A DNA stretch of 64,000 nucleotides from Candidatus Latescibacterota bacterium (GCA_965243025.1 CBDETY010000003.1:2336001-2400000), one strand, 5' to 3'. Positions 9,661-19,776 are shown, numbered from the stretch's first letter. Notes: generated from the sequence alone by a model not told the origin. Made by a program: numbers and translations.

Positions 9661-10044
9661 TCAGGCGCCGCCACCAATCGTAAACTGCCGTAACGGAATC
9701 GACCTGTAACGCTTGTCGCCTTCCGCGATTTCAATCGACTGGTCCATCGGCACATCAGAGAAGGTCTGAGTCAAATCAGATGTGGGCCAGTACACTTCGA
9801 TCGACTCGATCCGTTCAGCTTTTCCCAGACCAATGTTCTGACGCAGCGGATTGCACCCGAAGCTGCCGCCACTGTTGACGTATCGGTAAATCGATCGCTC
9901 GCGGCTGTCTTCGACGATCCTGACGTGAATACGTGCACCGATCGCAGAACGGTTCGATTGCCGACCCGTAAGTTTGACCGTGATCCAGTGGTGGTTGAAC
10001 CCTGGATTCTCGAACAGCGCGTCGTGATAGTGGTCACCTGTCAA
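9661..10044 (-). pseudogene. C-terminal ASPIC/UnbV domain fragment of a CRTAC1-like protein
   Basis: NHHWITVKLTG..SNRSAIGARI..VNSGGSFG.NPLRQNIGLG....IEVYWP is the ASPIC/UnbV signature. The upstream FG-GAP region and signal peptide are absent. Confidence 0.75.
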
Positions 10045-10060
10045 TTGCCCGCGGGGCGCC

Positions 10061-10105
10061 TCGGCATCCCGATTTTGTCAATCTATCTCTGCGACGGGAC
10101 ACTAG
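10061..10105 (-). mobile_element. Orphan insertion-sequence terminus (CTAGTGTCCCGTC..., IS630-like end)
   Basis: The minus strand reads CTAGTGTCCCGTCGCAGAGATAGATTGACAAAATC, resembling IS ends starting TAGTGTCC with a CTAG target. It lies next to the ASPIC truncation point. No transposase is present. Confidence 0.45.
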
Positions 10106-10253
10106 CCGTCCGAACCGGGCAACTGAAGGCATGGGGATTTTCACCCCACAAAATGCGCGGCCTTGTCGGCCGCTCCTGCAACGTTATGGTTGTGCTATAT
10201 TCTGGAACTGAAAATACTGACACTGGAACTACAGAAAAAGGGGCGCTACGAGA

Positions 10254-11114
10254 GTGAAGAAATTCGGATCAGGCGACTACACTTACAGAGCCGTGGAGGG
10301 ATGGGGCCTTGGGCCGGAAGGGTGGGATTTCGGCGTCGTGTCGTCTATGGCGACCGACTCACAGGATCGCGTCTACATCATCGACCGGGAGCCGAACCCG
10401 GCGATCGTCGTGCTGGACCGATCCGGCAAACTGCTGAACAGCTGGGGGCAGGATTTCTTCAAGGTCCCGCACTCAATTTGGATCAGTCCCGATGACATCG
10501 CTTACATAACGGACTGTGAGTTGCACACGGCAACCGTCCATACCCTGGAGGGAGAGCTGGTTGCAACGCTGGGTACGCCGGGCACAGCTGGAGAGCCCGG
10601 CAAGCCTTTCAACCGTCCAACCTGGGCCGTCCTTGGAAATAACGATGATCTCTATGTGAGTGATGGTTATGGACAGAATCTCGTTCATCGCTTTTCCACG
10701 GATGGAGAATTGCTGCGCACGTGGGGTGGAGATGGCACGGATCCGGGACAGTTCGATACCCCGCATTGCCTTCGCGTGGACAAAGACGACCGGGTGCTCG
10801 TCCTCGATCGCACCAATGCGCGAATTCAGATATTCGACGCCGAGGGGAATTTCCAACAGCAGTGGACGCACTTGTTTGACGCCAACGATCTCTTCATCGA
10901 CAGCGATGATGTCGTCTATCTCGCCGAGTCCCCGCGGCGAATCAGTATCCTCGATCTCGAAGGGAACGTAATCACCCAGTTTGGAGAAGAAGGTGAGGGG
11001 CCTGGTCAGATGGTCGATCATCCCCACGGTATCTGGGTGGACTCCCGCGGCGATATCTACATGTGTGAGGTCCCCCGCACGCCGAATCGGCTGACGAAGT
11101 ATGAGCGCGTGTAA
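10254..11114 (+). CDS. NHL-repeat beta-propeller (peptidyl-alpha-hydroxyglycine lyase-like)
   Basis: Repeated PH.I..D motifs, LYVSDGYGQ, PGQFDTPH, DRTNARIQIFD. Confidence 0.88.
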   Translation: MKKFGSGDYTYRAVEGWGLGPEGWDFGVVSSMATDSQDRVYIIDREPNPAIVVLDRSGKLLNSWGQDFFKVPHSIWISPDDIAYITDCELHTATVHTLEGELVATLGTPGTAGEPGKPFNRPTWAVLGNNDDLYVSDGYGQNLVHRFSTDGELLRTWGGDGTDPGQFDTPHCLRVDKDDRVLVLDRTNARIQIFDAEGNFQQQWTHLFDANDLFIDSDDVVYLAESPRRISILDLEGNVITQFGEEGEGPGQMVDHPHGIWVDSRGDIYMCEVPRTPNRLTKYERV

Positions 11115-11136
11115 ATGACAAGGGAATGACACCACC

Positions 11137-13461
11137 GTGACGGAGATGAAGCTCTGGCACCGGAATCCGGCGCGCGATTACATCGCCGGCTTGCCAATCG
11201 GCACGGGCAGACTGGCGGCCATGGTCCTGGGCGATCCGGCCACCGAGCGAGTCGCTCTCAACCACGAATGGCTGTGGCGCGGCGAGAGCCGGTGCCGCGA
11301 CACCCAGCCGCGCGCCCACCTGCTGGCCGAGGTGAGACAGCTCCTGCTGGAGGGGCGCTATGAGGAGGGAACGATACTGGGCACCGAGGCCTTTGGCAAC
11401 ATCAGCGGCGATCGCGACGAGCCGATCCATCTCGATCCCTACCAGCCGGCCGGGGATCTGTTTTTTCAGCCGGATCATGGAGAGGTGGCGGGCTATCGGC
11501 GCGAGCTCGATCTGCGCAACGGAGTGGTCTCGGTCCAGTACGAAGCAGAAGGCACCCACTTCACCAGGCAGTACCTGGCGCACATCCCGAGCGACTTGAT
11601 TCTGGTGCGTCTGATGGCAAACCGGCGCTTCGGTGTTCGGGTGTGGCTCGACCGGGTAGCAGACGAGCACTGTCTCGTGCGGCGGGAACGCTTGATCCTC
11701 GACGGGGTTTTCAACGCCGGCATCTCCTTTCGGATCCAGGTGCGACACCACTTGCGCGGCGGGTCTGCGCACTGGGAAGATGACGTGCTCGTTATCGACG
11801 AAGCGGACGAGCTTCTGCTAGGCACCGACATCGGCACCTCGGCCACCGGGCGATCTCCTCAGCAGGAGTGCCGGGTGCGGCGGCTGGAAACAACGAACTG
11901 GGAGGAGTTGGTACGGGATCACGAGCGGGCATACCAAGAGCTGTACGGGAAGCTGCAACTGGACGTGGACGTGGCGGAATCGGATCGACCCACCGACGAG
12001 CGGCTCGAAGCGCTTCGCCAGGGAGTCGAGGACCCGGGCCTCCCGCTTCTCTTTTTCAACTACGGGCGCTACCTGCACGTCGCATCTACGGCGACCGCAG
12101 AACTGCCCCCCAATCTTCAGGGCAAGTGGAATGAGGAACTGGAGCCATCCTTCCGCTGCGACTACCACCACAATGTCAATCTGGAGATGAACTACTGGCA
12201 CGCCGAGGCTGGTCACCTCCACTGGACTGCGGAACTGCTGTTCGATCACATGGAACGATTTCTGACGCACGGGCGCAAGGCTGCCCGCGACCTGTACGGT
12301 TGTGATGGTGTGCTGGTGCCGCTGCAGACCGACCCCTGGGGGCGAGCGACGCCCCAGTGGTTCGGCTGGGATGTGTGGATCGGGGGAGCCGCCTGGCTGG
12401 CTCAGCACCTGTGGTGGCACTACGAGTACGGGTTGGACATGGAGTTTCTGCGGGAGCGCGCCTACCCGTTTTTCAAGGAAGTAGCGGCGTTCTATGAAAC
12501 CTACCTCATCGAGGACGAGGCAGGGATCCTGCAGATCGTGCCCTCACAGTCGCCTGAAAACCGCTTTGTCGGCGGCGGCGATCTACCGGTCAGCCTGTGC
12601 GTGTCGGCCACCATGGATGTGCTCCTTGCCCGGCAGGCCCTGGAGTACGCCCGGCGCTCGGCCGAGCTGCTCGGCCTGGACGAGGAGAAGCGGCAGATGT
12701 GGGCGGGGCTGGTGGAGAGACTGCCGCACATCGGCACAGGTCGATTCGGCCAGCTGATGGAATGGAACGAGGATTTCGATGAGGTCGAGCCCGGCCACAG
12801 GCACTATTCGCATCTCATCGGCATGTATCCAGGCGACCAGCTGGACCCGGAAAACACACCGGAGCTGTGGGAATCCGCCCGAGTGTCGCTGGAGCGGCGA
12901 CTGGCTCACGGCGGCGGTCATGCTCCCTGGAGCCGGGTCTGGACTTCCTGCCTCTTCGCGCGCATGGGCGATTCTCAGCAGGCGTGGCACCACTTGATGC
13001 TGCAGCTGGAGGAGTTTGCGGGGGAAAGCTTGCTGAGCCTGCATACGGGTGTACAACCGCCCCGGCTCTTCCAGATCGACGGCAACCTCGGGGGAGCGGC
13101 GGCAGTCCTGGAGATGCTCCTCCAGAGCTATCGCAGTGAGCTGCATCTGCTACCGGCTCTCCCGGCAGCCTGGCCGGACGGGAGAGCTCACGGTCTGCGC
13201 GCCCGGGGGGGGTATGAGATCGACCTTGCTTGGGCACGGGGAACGCTGAGGCGGGCCGAAATCAGGCCGAGCGTCAGCGGCACCTGCACCATCCTGCACA
13301 CTGACGGCCGCTACCGTATCGCAGACGACCACGGGGTGCCGGTGGACACCAGACGGGGTGGACATCGGCTGGCCTTCGAAGTGTCAAACGAGAGAAGCTA
13401 TGTCGTGAGCCTTACGCAGGAGAATGTGGGCGAGTTGCTGGCAAGTTCGCCTGCTCAATGA
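11137..13461 (+). CDS. Glycoside hydrolase family 95 (alpha-1,2-L-fucosidase-like)
   Basis: [66 protein letters not shown]. Confidence 0.93.
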   Translation: MTEMKLWHRNPARDYIAGLPIGTGRLAAMVLGDPATERVALNHEWLWRGESRCRDTQPRAHLLAEVRQLLLEGRYEEGTILGTEAFGNISGDRDEPIHLDPYQPAGDLFFQPDHGEVAGYRRELDLRNGVVSVQYEAEGTHFTRQYLAHIPSDLILVRLMANRRFGVRVWLDRVADEHCLVRRERLILDGVFNAGISFRIQVRHHLRGGSAHWEDDVLVIDEADELLLGTDIGTSATGRSPQQECRVRRLETTNWEELVRDHERAYQELYGKLQLDVDVAESDRPTDERLEALRQGVEDPGLPLLFFNYGRYLHVASTATAELPPNLQGKWNEELEPSFRCDYHHNVNLEMNYWHAEAGHLHWTAELLFDHMERFLTHGRKAARDLYGCDGVLVPLQTDPWGRATPQWFGWDVWIGGAAWLAQHLWWHYEYGLDMEFLRERAYPFFKEVAAFYETYLIEDEAGILQIVPSQSPENRFVGGGDLPVSLCVSATMDVLLARQALEYARRSAELLGLDEEKRQMWAGLVERLPHIGTGRFGQLMEWNEDFDEVEPGHRHYSHLIGMYPGDQLDPENTPELWESARVSLERRLAHGGGHAPWSRVWTSCLFARMGDSQQAWHHLMLQLEEFAGESLLSLHTGVQPPRLFQIDGNLGGAAAVLEMLLQSYRSELHLLPALPAAWPDGRAHGLRARGGYEIDLAWARGTLRRAEIRPSVSGTCTILHTDGRYRIADDHGVPVDTRRGGHRLAFEVSNERSYVVSLTQENVGELLASSPAQ

Positions 13462-13742
13462 GATTGGGCGCCCGCCTGTCCAGCCCTGGGGATCGTCCGG
13501 CTCAGGCCCGATATCCCGAGGTGTTTGCGGGCTCCGCGAGTCGTTTGGCGGGTGAAGCAGAGTACTGGGGGCTGTGTCTCTGCTAGGTATCCCCCCCTCA
13601 AAAAAAAAGCAGGTAGTCAAGAGGTTTTTTCGAGCGAGTCAAACTCCCCCACCGGAACAGGATGTCGAGGCTCGAACTTTTATTGAAGCCCCTGTCGCCA
13701 TGGAGCTCGACCAGACGCTTCAGGAACTGAAGCCCCGCCTCC

Positions 13743-13772
13743 TTGACTCGCGGATTTCGTCGCTCGTAACTT
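13743..13772 (+). promoter_or_regulatory. Putative sigma70 promoter of the mrp operon
   Basis: TTGACT-18 bp-TAACTT, about 43 bp upstream of the mrpE ATG. Confidence 0.4.
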
Positions 13773-13814
13773 AGGGGAAAACAAGTTGTTAGATCATTGA
13801 ACCGGGGAGCGGTC

Positions 13815-14294
13815 ATGAGGCGAACGATCAGTCTTTTTGCGGTGATGATGGCGGTGTGGCTGCTGTGGTCGGGGCAGTACACCTGGCTGCTCGTCGGCTT
13901 CGGCCTGCTCTCCTGTCTGCTGGTCGCCGTTATCGCCCGCCGCATGCGCATCCTCGATTTCGAAGGCCACCCCGTTCACCTGGCGCGGCGGCTGCCGGCA
14001 TACTGCCTGTGGCTGCTCCTGGCGATCGTCCGCTCCAACCTCGACGTCGCCCGCCGCATTCTCCATCCGCGCCTTCCGGTCAGCCCCCGGATCGTCCGCG
14101 TCAAGGCGAGCCAGCGCACCGATCTCGGCAAGGTCGTCTTCGCCAACTCCATCACCCTGACCCCGGGGACGCTGACGCTCGAGGTCGAAGGGGACGAGAT
14201 CGAGGTGCACGCCCTGACCCGGGAGAGCGCCGCCGACCTCGAGTCGGGTGAGATGGACCGCCGCGTGACCTGGGTCGAGGGGGAGGAAGACTGA
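13815..14294 (+). CDS. mrpE: Na+/H+ antiporter subunit E
   Basis: ANSITLTPGTLT, VHAL motif. Confidence 0.93.
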   Translation: MRRTISLFAVMMAVWLLWSGQYTWLLVGFGLLSCLLVAVIARRMRILDFEGHPVHLARRLPAYCLWLLLAIVRSNLDVARRILHPRLPVSPRIVRVKASQRTDLGKVVFANSITLTPGTLTLEVEGDEIEVHALTRESAADLESGEMDRRVTWVEGEED

Positions 14295-14572
14295 TGTTCG
14301 CCGCCGCGGCGGCCGCGATCATCTTCACCCTCGTGCTCGCCCTGGCGCGGGCGGCTCTCGGGCCGACGGCCTACGACCGCATCCTCGCCGTCAACATGGC
14401 GGCGACCAAGACCGTGCTCCTGATCGCGGTGGCCGGCTTTCTCACCGGCCGCCCCGACTTCCTCGACCTCGCCCTCGCCTGCGTGCTCCTCAACTTCATC
14501 GCCGCGGTCGCCGTCCTGAAATTCGTCGACCGCGGGGATTTCTCCGTATCGGGAGAGGCCGGCAATGGCTGA
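14294..14572 (+). CDS. mrpF: Na+/H+ antiporter subunit F
   Basis: GPTAYDRILAVN, three TM helices. Confidence 0.92.
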   Translation: MFAAAAAAIIFTLVLALARAALGPTAYDRILAVNMAATKTVLLIAVAGFLTGRPDFLDLALACVLLNFIAAVAVLKFVDRGDFSVSGEAGNG

Positions 14573-14945
14573 GGCGGTCGCCGCCTGCTGCTGGGTCCTG
14601 CTGCTGTCCGGGTCGCTGTTCTGCGCCGTCGGCGGCGTCGGCCTTATGCGGCTCCCCGACTTCTTCACCCGCGCCCACGGCGCCGGAATCACCGACACCC
14701 TCGGAACCGGGCTGCTGATCGCCGGCATGGCCGTCTACCACGAGGGGGGCCTGTTGCTTCAGTACCTCGACGGGGCCATCGCCGCCGGGGAGCTGTTCCG
14801 GGGCTCGCTGGTCACCTTCAAGCTGATTCTCATCCTCCTGATCCTGTGGCTGTCGAGCCCGACCGCCACCCACGCCATCGCCAAGGCGGCGCGCCTGTCC
14901 GGCCTCGAGCCGCTGGCCGGCGGGGCCGAAGGAAAATCCCCGTGA
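14565..14945 (+). CDS. mrpG: Na+/H+ antiporter subunit G
   Basis: GLMRLPDFFTRAH, SPTATHAIAKAA. Confidence 0.92.
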   Translation: MAEAVAACCWVLLLSGSLFCAVGGVGLMRLPDFFTRAHGAGITDTLGTGLLIAGMAVYHEGGLLLQYLDGAIAAGELFRGSLVTFKLILILLILWLSSPTATHAIAKAARLSGLEPLAGGAEGKSP

Positions 14946-15487
14946 CCGAGCTGCTCAACGTCTGCCTGCTCGCCTTCATGGCAGTCGTCGCCCTCGTCGT
15001 CCTGCGCCTGCGCAACCTGTTCGCCGCAGCGATGGTGGCGAGCTTCTTCAGCCTGCTTTCGGCCGGGATGTTCGTGGTCCTCGACGCCGTCGACGTCGCC
15101 TTCACCGAGGTCGCCGTCGGCGCCGGGGTGACGACCGTCATCATGCTCGGCACCCTGCTCCTGACCAGGACGGAGGAGAAGGCCGCGGCCTTCTGGTCCC
15201 CGTGGCCCCTGCTCGCGGTGCTGGCGCTGGGCGGGCTGCTGGTCTACGGCACCCTCGACATGCCCCGCTACGGCGATCCGGCCTCGGCGGTGCACACCCA
15301 CGTCGGCCCCCGCTACATCGAGGAGTCCCCCGCCGAAACCGGGGTGCCGAACATGGTGACCTCGGTGCTGGCGAGCTACCGCGGCTACGACACCCTCGGG
15401 GAGACCGCGGTGATCTTCACCGCCGGCATCGGCCTGCTGCTGCTGATCGGGGCCGGGTTCGGCGGGCGCCGGGAGGAGGGTCCGTGA
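14942..15487 (+). CDS. Mrp subunit, DUF4040/MnhB-related (equivalent to the C-terminal part of MrpA)
   Basis: GTG start overlapping the mrpG stop; DVAFTEVAVGAG, PNMVTSVLASYRGYDTLGE. Confidence 0.88.
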   Translation: MTELLNVCLLAFMAVVALVVLRLRNLFAAAMVASFFSLLSAGMFVVLDAVDVAFTEVAVGAGVTTVIMLGTLLLTRTEEKAAAFWSPWPLLAVLALGGLLVYGTLDMPRYGDPASAVHTHVGPRYIEESPAETGVPNMVTSVLASYRGYDTLGETAVIFTAGIGLLLLIGAGFGGRREEGP

Positions 15488-15921
15488 GCGACCACCTGAT
15501 CCTGCGCGTCGTCGCCAAGCTGTTCATCCCCTTCATCCTGCTGTTCGCCCTCTACGTGCAGTTCCACGGCGACTTCGGGCCGGGGGGCGGCTTCCAGGCC
15601 GGGGTGATCTTCGCCGCGGCCTTCGCCCTCCACTGCCTGGTGTTCGGCATCGACCGGGTCCGCCGCGCCTTCCCGCCGCGCCTGGTCGAGTTCTGCGCCG
15701 CCTTCGGCGTGCTCCTCTACATCGGCACCGGGGTCGCCGGGATCCTGCTCGGGGGGGCCTTCCTCGACTACAACGTCCTCGGCAGCGACCCGGTGAAGGG
15801 GCAGCACCTCGGCATCCTGCTGGTCGAGCTGGGGGTCGGGATCACCGTCGCCGCGGTGATGGTGGCGCTGTTCTACTGCTTCTGCGGGAGGTCGCCGGAA
15901 GGAAGGGGCGGGAAGCAGTGA
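15484..15921 (+). CDS. mrpB: Na+/H+ antiporter subunit B
   Basis: HGDFGPGGGFQAGV, VELGVG; GTGA overlap. Confidence 0.92.
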   Translation: MSDHLILRVVAKLFIPFILLFALYVQFHGDFGPGGGFQAGVIFAAAFALHCLVFGIDRVRRAFPPRLVEFCAAFGVLLYIGTGVAGILLGGAFLDYNVLGSDPVKGQHLGILLVELGVGITVAAVMVALFYCFCGRSPEGRGGKQ

Positions 15922-16340
15922 GCGGCTGGTCCGGCCTCTACAACTACTGGGCCGTCATCTTCCTGATGATGACCGGCCTCTACACCGTGATCTCGCGCCA
16001 CAACCTCGTCAAGAAGGTGATCGGGCTGACGGTCTTCCAGACCTCGGTGTTCCTGCTCTACATCACCATGGGCAAGGTCGCCGGCGGCACGGCGCCGATC
16101 GTCGCCGCGGGCGGGGCGGCGTACGCCAATCCCCTGCCCCACGCCCTCATCCTGACCGCCATCGTCGTCGGCATCTCCACGACCGCGGTCGGACTCGCCC
16201 TGATCATCCGCATCCACCAGGCCTACGGCACCCTGGAGGAGGACGAGATCGCCGCCCTGGACCATCCCCCGACGGACGGACCGCCCCCGGACGATTTCCC
16301 CCCGGATCGCAATTGCTCGGCCACCTCCCGATCCTGCTGA
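15918..16340 (+). CDS. mrpC: Na+/H+ antiporter subunit C
   Basis: NLVKKVIGL, NPLPHALILTAIVVG. Confidence 0.93.
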   Translation: MSGWSGLYNYWAVIFLMMTGLYTVISRHNLVKKVIGLTVFQTSVFLLYITMGKVAGGTAPIVAAGGAAYANPLPHALILTAIVVGISTTAVGLALIIRIHQAYGTLEEDEIAALDHPPTDGPPPDDFPPDRNCSATSRSC

Positions 16341-17788
16341 TCGCCCTGCCGCTGGTCTCGGCCCCGCTCTGCGTGCTCCTGCGCCGGCGCGCCCCGGCAT
16401 GGGTGCTGTCGGCCGTGGTCAGCTGGCTGACCCTGGGGATGGCCGGCGCCCTGCTCGCCGAGGTGCTGCAGTCCGGCCCGGTCAGCTACGCCCTCGGGAG
16501 CTGGAGCGCCCCCTGGGGGATCGAGTACCGCGTCGACGCCGTCAACGCCTTCGTGCTCATGCTGGTGTCGCTGATCGGCGCCGTGGTCGTCCTCGGGGCG
16601 CCGGCGAGCATCGCCGGGGAGCTTCCCGGGATGCGCGGCAACCTCTTCTACGCCGCCTGGCTGCTCTGCCTGTCGGGCCAGCTCGGCATCGTCGCCACCG
16701 GCGACGCCTTCAACGTCTTCGTCTTCCTCGAGATCTCCTCGCTGTCGTCGTACGCCCTGGTCGGTATGGGGCCGGACCGCCGCGCCCTGTCCGCCTCGTT
16801 CCGCTACCTCGTCATGGGCACCATCGGGGGGACCTTCTTCGTCACCGGGGTCGGCCTCCTCTACATGATGACGGGCACCCTCAACATGGCCGACATGGCC
16901 GGGCGCCTGCCGGCGGTGATGGACACCCGCACGGTGCTGGCGGCCTTCGCCTTCCTCAGCATCGGCCTGGGGCTCAAGCTGGCGCTGTTCCCCATGCACC
17001 TGTGGCTGCCGGACGCGTACGCGTACGCCCCCTCGGCCGTCACCCCGTTCCTCGCGGCCACCGCGACCAAGGTCGCCGTGTACGTTTACCTGCGCTTCTT
17101 CTTCACCATCTTCGGCGGCGACTACGCCTTCGCCAGCCTCAACCTCGACTACCTGCTCGTTCCCCTTGCCCTCGCCGGGGTCTTCGCCGGCTCGCTGGCC
17201 GCCCTGTTCCAGCACGACGTCAAGCGCATGCTCGCCTACTCCAGCGTCGCCCAGGTCGGGTACATGATGCTGGGGATCGGGCTGTTCTCGGTCACCGGGC
17301 TCACCGCCACCCTCGTGCACCTGTTCAACCACGCCCTGATGAAGGGGGCTCTGTTCCTGGCAATGGGATGCGTCGCCTTGCGGATCGGATCGGTCGAGTT
17401 GGAGGACCTGCGCGGCCTCGGCAAGCGGATGCCGCTGACCGCGGCCGCCTTCGTCGCCGGGGGGCTGAGCCTGATCGGGGTGCCCCTGACCGCGGGCTTC
17501 ATCAGCAAGTGGTACCTGGTGCTGGCGGCGCTGGAGCGCGGCATGTGGCCGGTCGCCGCGCTCGTGCTGGCCGGCTCCCTGATCGCCGTCGCCTACGTCT
17601 GGCGGGTGGTCGAGGCCGCCTACTTCCGCGAACCGGAAGGTGAGGCCGTCACCGGGGAGGCGCCGCTGTCGATGCAGATCCCGATGTGGATCCTGGTCGC
17701 CGCCAACTTCTACTTCGGGCTGGCGACGGAGACGACGGCCGGGATCGCCGGGCAGGCAGCCCGGCTGCTGATGGGGACCGCCCCGTGA
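16313..17788 (+). CDS. mrpD: Na+/H+ antiporter subunit D
   Basis: FLEISS, GLKLALFPMHLWLPDAY, KRMLAYSS, NHALMKG, GFISKW. Confidence 0.92.
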   Translation: MLGHLPILLIALPLVSAPLCVLLRRRAPAWVLSAVVSWLTLGMAGALLAEVLQSGPVSYALGSWSAPWGIEYRVDAVNAFVLMLVSLIGAVVVLGAPASIAGELPGMRGNLFYAAWLLCLSGQLGIVATGDAFNVFVFLEISSLSSYALVGMGPDRRALSASFRYLVMGTIGGTFFVTGVGLLYMMTGTLNMADMAGRLPAVMDTRTVLAAFAFLSIGLGLKLALFPMHLWLPDAYAYAPSAVTPFLAATATKVAVYVYLRFFFTIFGGDYAFASLNLDYLLVPLALAGVFAGSLAALFQHDVKRMLAYSSVAQVGYMMLGIGLFSVTGLTATLVHLFNHALMKGALFLAMGCVALRIGSVELEDLRGLGKRMPLTAAAFVAGGLSLIGVPLTAGFISKWYLVLAALERGMWPVAALVLAGSLIAVAYVWRVVEAAYFREPEGEAVTGEAPLSMQIPMWILVAANFYFGLATETTAGIAGQAARLLMGTAP

Positions 17789-17874
17789 AACCCGTAGTGG
17801 TTCTGCTTGCCGTTGCGTTACCGGGCGGCTCCGGGGCCCGGGGGTCCTGGCTGCCGATTGGAGCCGCCCCGTGA
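17785..17874 (+). other. 29-aa mini-ORF created by duplication of the mrpD-mrpD junction
   Basis: GTG..TGA ORF (MKPVVVLLAVALPGGSGARGSWLPIGAAP) with GTGA overlaps at both ends. CCGCCCCGTGA repeats at 17778-17788 and 17864-17874. Confidence 0.55.
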
Positions 17875-19403
17875 GCCCGGCCGCCCTCATCCTGGCAGCC
17901 GTCTTCCTGCCGCTGGCCGCCTGCCCCCTGATCGCCCTCGCCGGCGGCCGCCCCAACCTGCGCGAGGCGGTGACGCTGGCCGCCGGGGTCCTGACCTTCG
18001 GCGCGGTGCTTCAGCTGCTGCCGCTGGTGACCGCGGGGGAACGGCCCGGGGCAAGCCTCATGCAGGTGCTGCCCGGCATCGAGCTCGCCTTCGAGGTCGA
18101 GCCGCTCGGCATGCTGTTCGCCATGGTCGCCTCCGGCCTGTGGATCGTCACCTCCTGCTACTCGATCGGGTACATGCGCGGCCACCGCGAGACCTCGCAG
18201 ACCCGCTTCTTCTTCTTCTTCGCCGTCGCCGTCGGCGCCGCCCTGGCCGTCGCCTTCGCGCGCAACCTGTTCACCCTGTTCCTCGCCTACGAGGTGCTGA
18301 CCTTCTCGACCTACCCGCTGGTGACCCACGCGCGCACCCCCGCCGCCCGCCGCGGCGGCCGCGTCTATCTCGGCATCCTGCTCGGCACCTCGTTCTTCTT
18401 CCTGCTGCCGGCCCTGCTGTGGACCTGGCACCTGACCGGAACCCTCGAGTTCGCCGTGGGGGGCATCCTCGAGGGAAGCAGCGGCACCGCGGTCGCGGGC
18501 CTGCTCCTGCTCTACGCCTTCGGGACCGGCAAGGCGGCGCTCATCCCCTTTCACCGCTGGCTTCCCGCGGCCATGGTCGCCCCGGCCCCGGTCAGCGCCC
18601 TGCTGCACGCGGTGGCCGTGGTCAAGGCCGGGGTCTTCACGGTGCTGAAGGTCATCCTCTACGTCTTCGGGCTCGACCTGCTGCGGGAAACCTCGGCCGG
18701 CGTCTGGCTGATGTACGCCGCCGGGGCCACGGTCCTGATCGCCTCGCTGGTGGCGATGACGAAGGACAACCTCAAGGCGCGGCTCGCGTACTCCACGGTG
18801 AGCCAGCTCTCCTACATCCTGCTCGGCGGCGCCCTCGCCAGCTCCTGGGGGATCGTCGGCGGCGGCATGCACATCGCCATGCACGCCTTCGGCAAGATCA
18901 CCCTTTTCTTCTGCGCCGGCGCCATCGACGTCGCCCTGCACAAGACCGAGATCAGCGACATGCGCGGCATCGGCAGGCAGATGCCGGTGACGATGTCCTG
19001 CTTTCTCGTCGGCGCCCTGAGCGTCATCGGCCTGCCCCCGCTGGGGGGGGCGTGGAGCAAGTGGTACCTCGCCCTGGGGGCGGTCGACGCCGGACAGCTG
19101 CTGTTCCTCGCGGTGCTGATGGTCAGCACCCTGCTCAACATCGCCTACCTGATGCCGATCCCGATCCGGGCCTTCTTTCCCCGGGAAGAACCCGCGCCGG
19201 CCGGAGAGACGCCAAGCGGCGCAGGGGCCGCTTCGAGCGGTGCAATGGCGGCAACGGGCAGCGGTTCCGGAAGCAGCGGCGGCATCCGCGAGGCCCCGGC
19301 CTTCATGCTGGCGCCGATCTGCTTCACCGCCCTGGGATGCCTCGTTCTCTTCTTCTGCGCCGGCGGCCTCTACCGGCTGCTGCTGCCGCTGGCCGGCAGG
19401 TGA
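17871..19403 (+). CDS. Mrp antiporter-like subunit (MrpD family with MrpA/NuoL-type core)
   Basis: AYEVLT, KAALIPFHRWLPAAMVAPAPVSALLHAVAVVKAG, KARLAYSTVSQL. Confidence 0.9.
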   Translation: MSPAALILAAVFLPLAACPLIALAGGRPNLREAVTLAAGVLTFGAVLQLLPLVTAGERPGASLMQVLPGIELAFEVEPLGMLFAMVASGLWIVTSCYSIGYMRGHRETSQTRFFFFFAVAVGAALAVAFARNLFTLFLAYEVLTFSTYPLVTHARTPAARRGGRVYLGILLGTSFFFLLPALLWTWHLTGTLEFAVGGILEGSSGTAVAGLLLLYAFGTGKAALIPFHRWLPAAMVAPAPVSALLHAVAVVKAGVFTVLKVILYVFGLDLLRETSAGVWLMYAAGATVLIASLVAMTKDNLKARLAYSTVSQLSYILLGGALASSWGIVGGGMHIAMHAFGKITLFFCAGAIDVALHKTEISDMRGIGRQMPVTMSCFLVGALSVIGLPPLGGAWSKWYLALGAVDAGQLLFLAVLMVSTLLNIAYLMPIPIRAFFPREEPAPAGETPSGAGAASSGAMAATGSGSGSSGGIREAPAFMLAPICFTALGCLVLFFCAGGLYRLLLPLAGR

Positions 19404-19419
19404 CTCCGGCATCGGCGAG

Positions 19420-19776
19420 ATGGAAATGAAGCGAACGAACGACAGCGGCCGGGGCTGGATCGAAAGACCGGGAAACGCCGGCAAGCTCTATCGCCTGCTG
19501 CTGGCGGTCTGCGGCCTGCTCCTCGCACTGGACCTCCTCGATGTCCTCGGGATCTTCCACAAGCACGTCCATCACGACGCCGAGGGCTGGCTCGGCTTCT
19601 ACAGCTTCTTCGGGTTCGCCGCCTACGCCTTCATCGTCGGGGCCGGGTGGGTCTGGCGCGCCGTCGTGGGGCGCGGCCCCGACTACTACGACCAGGGTTC
19701 GTCCGGGGAGACCGGAGGCAGCGAGGTTTCCACTTCCGGTGAGGACTCATCCTCAGGTGAGGACCCGTCCCGATGA
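19420..19776 (+). CDS. Small two-TM membrane protein within the mrp operon
   Basis: Two hydrophobic helices, KHVHH loop, GFYSFFGF and R.PDYYD; overlaps the next start (ATGA). Confidence 0.75.
   Translation: MEMKRTNDSGRGWIERPGNAGKLYRLLLAVCGLLLALDLLDVLGIFHKHVHHDAEGWLGFYSFFGFAAYAFIVGAGWVWRAVVGRGPDYYDQGSSGETGGSEVSTSGEDSSSGEDPSR

Noticed and set aside
13574-13774. 66-aa ORF upstream of mrpE, and a possible Na+/Li+ riboswitch there
   Set aside because: No recognisable protein motif or riboswitch consensus.
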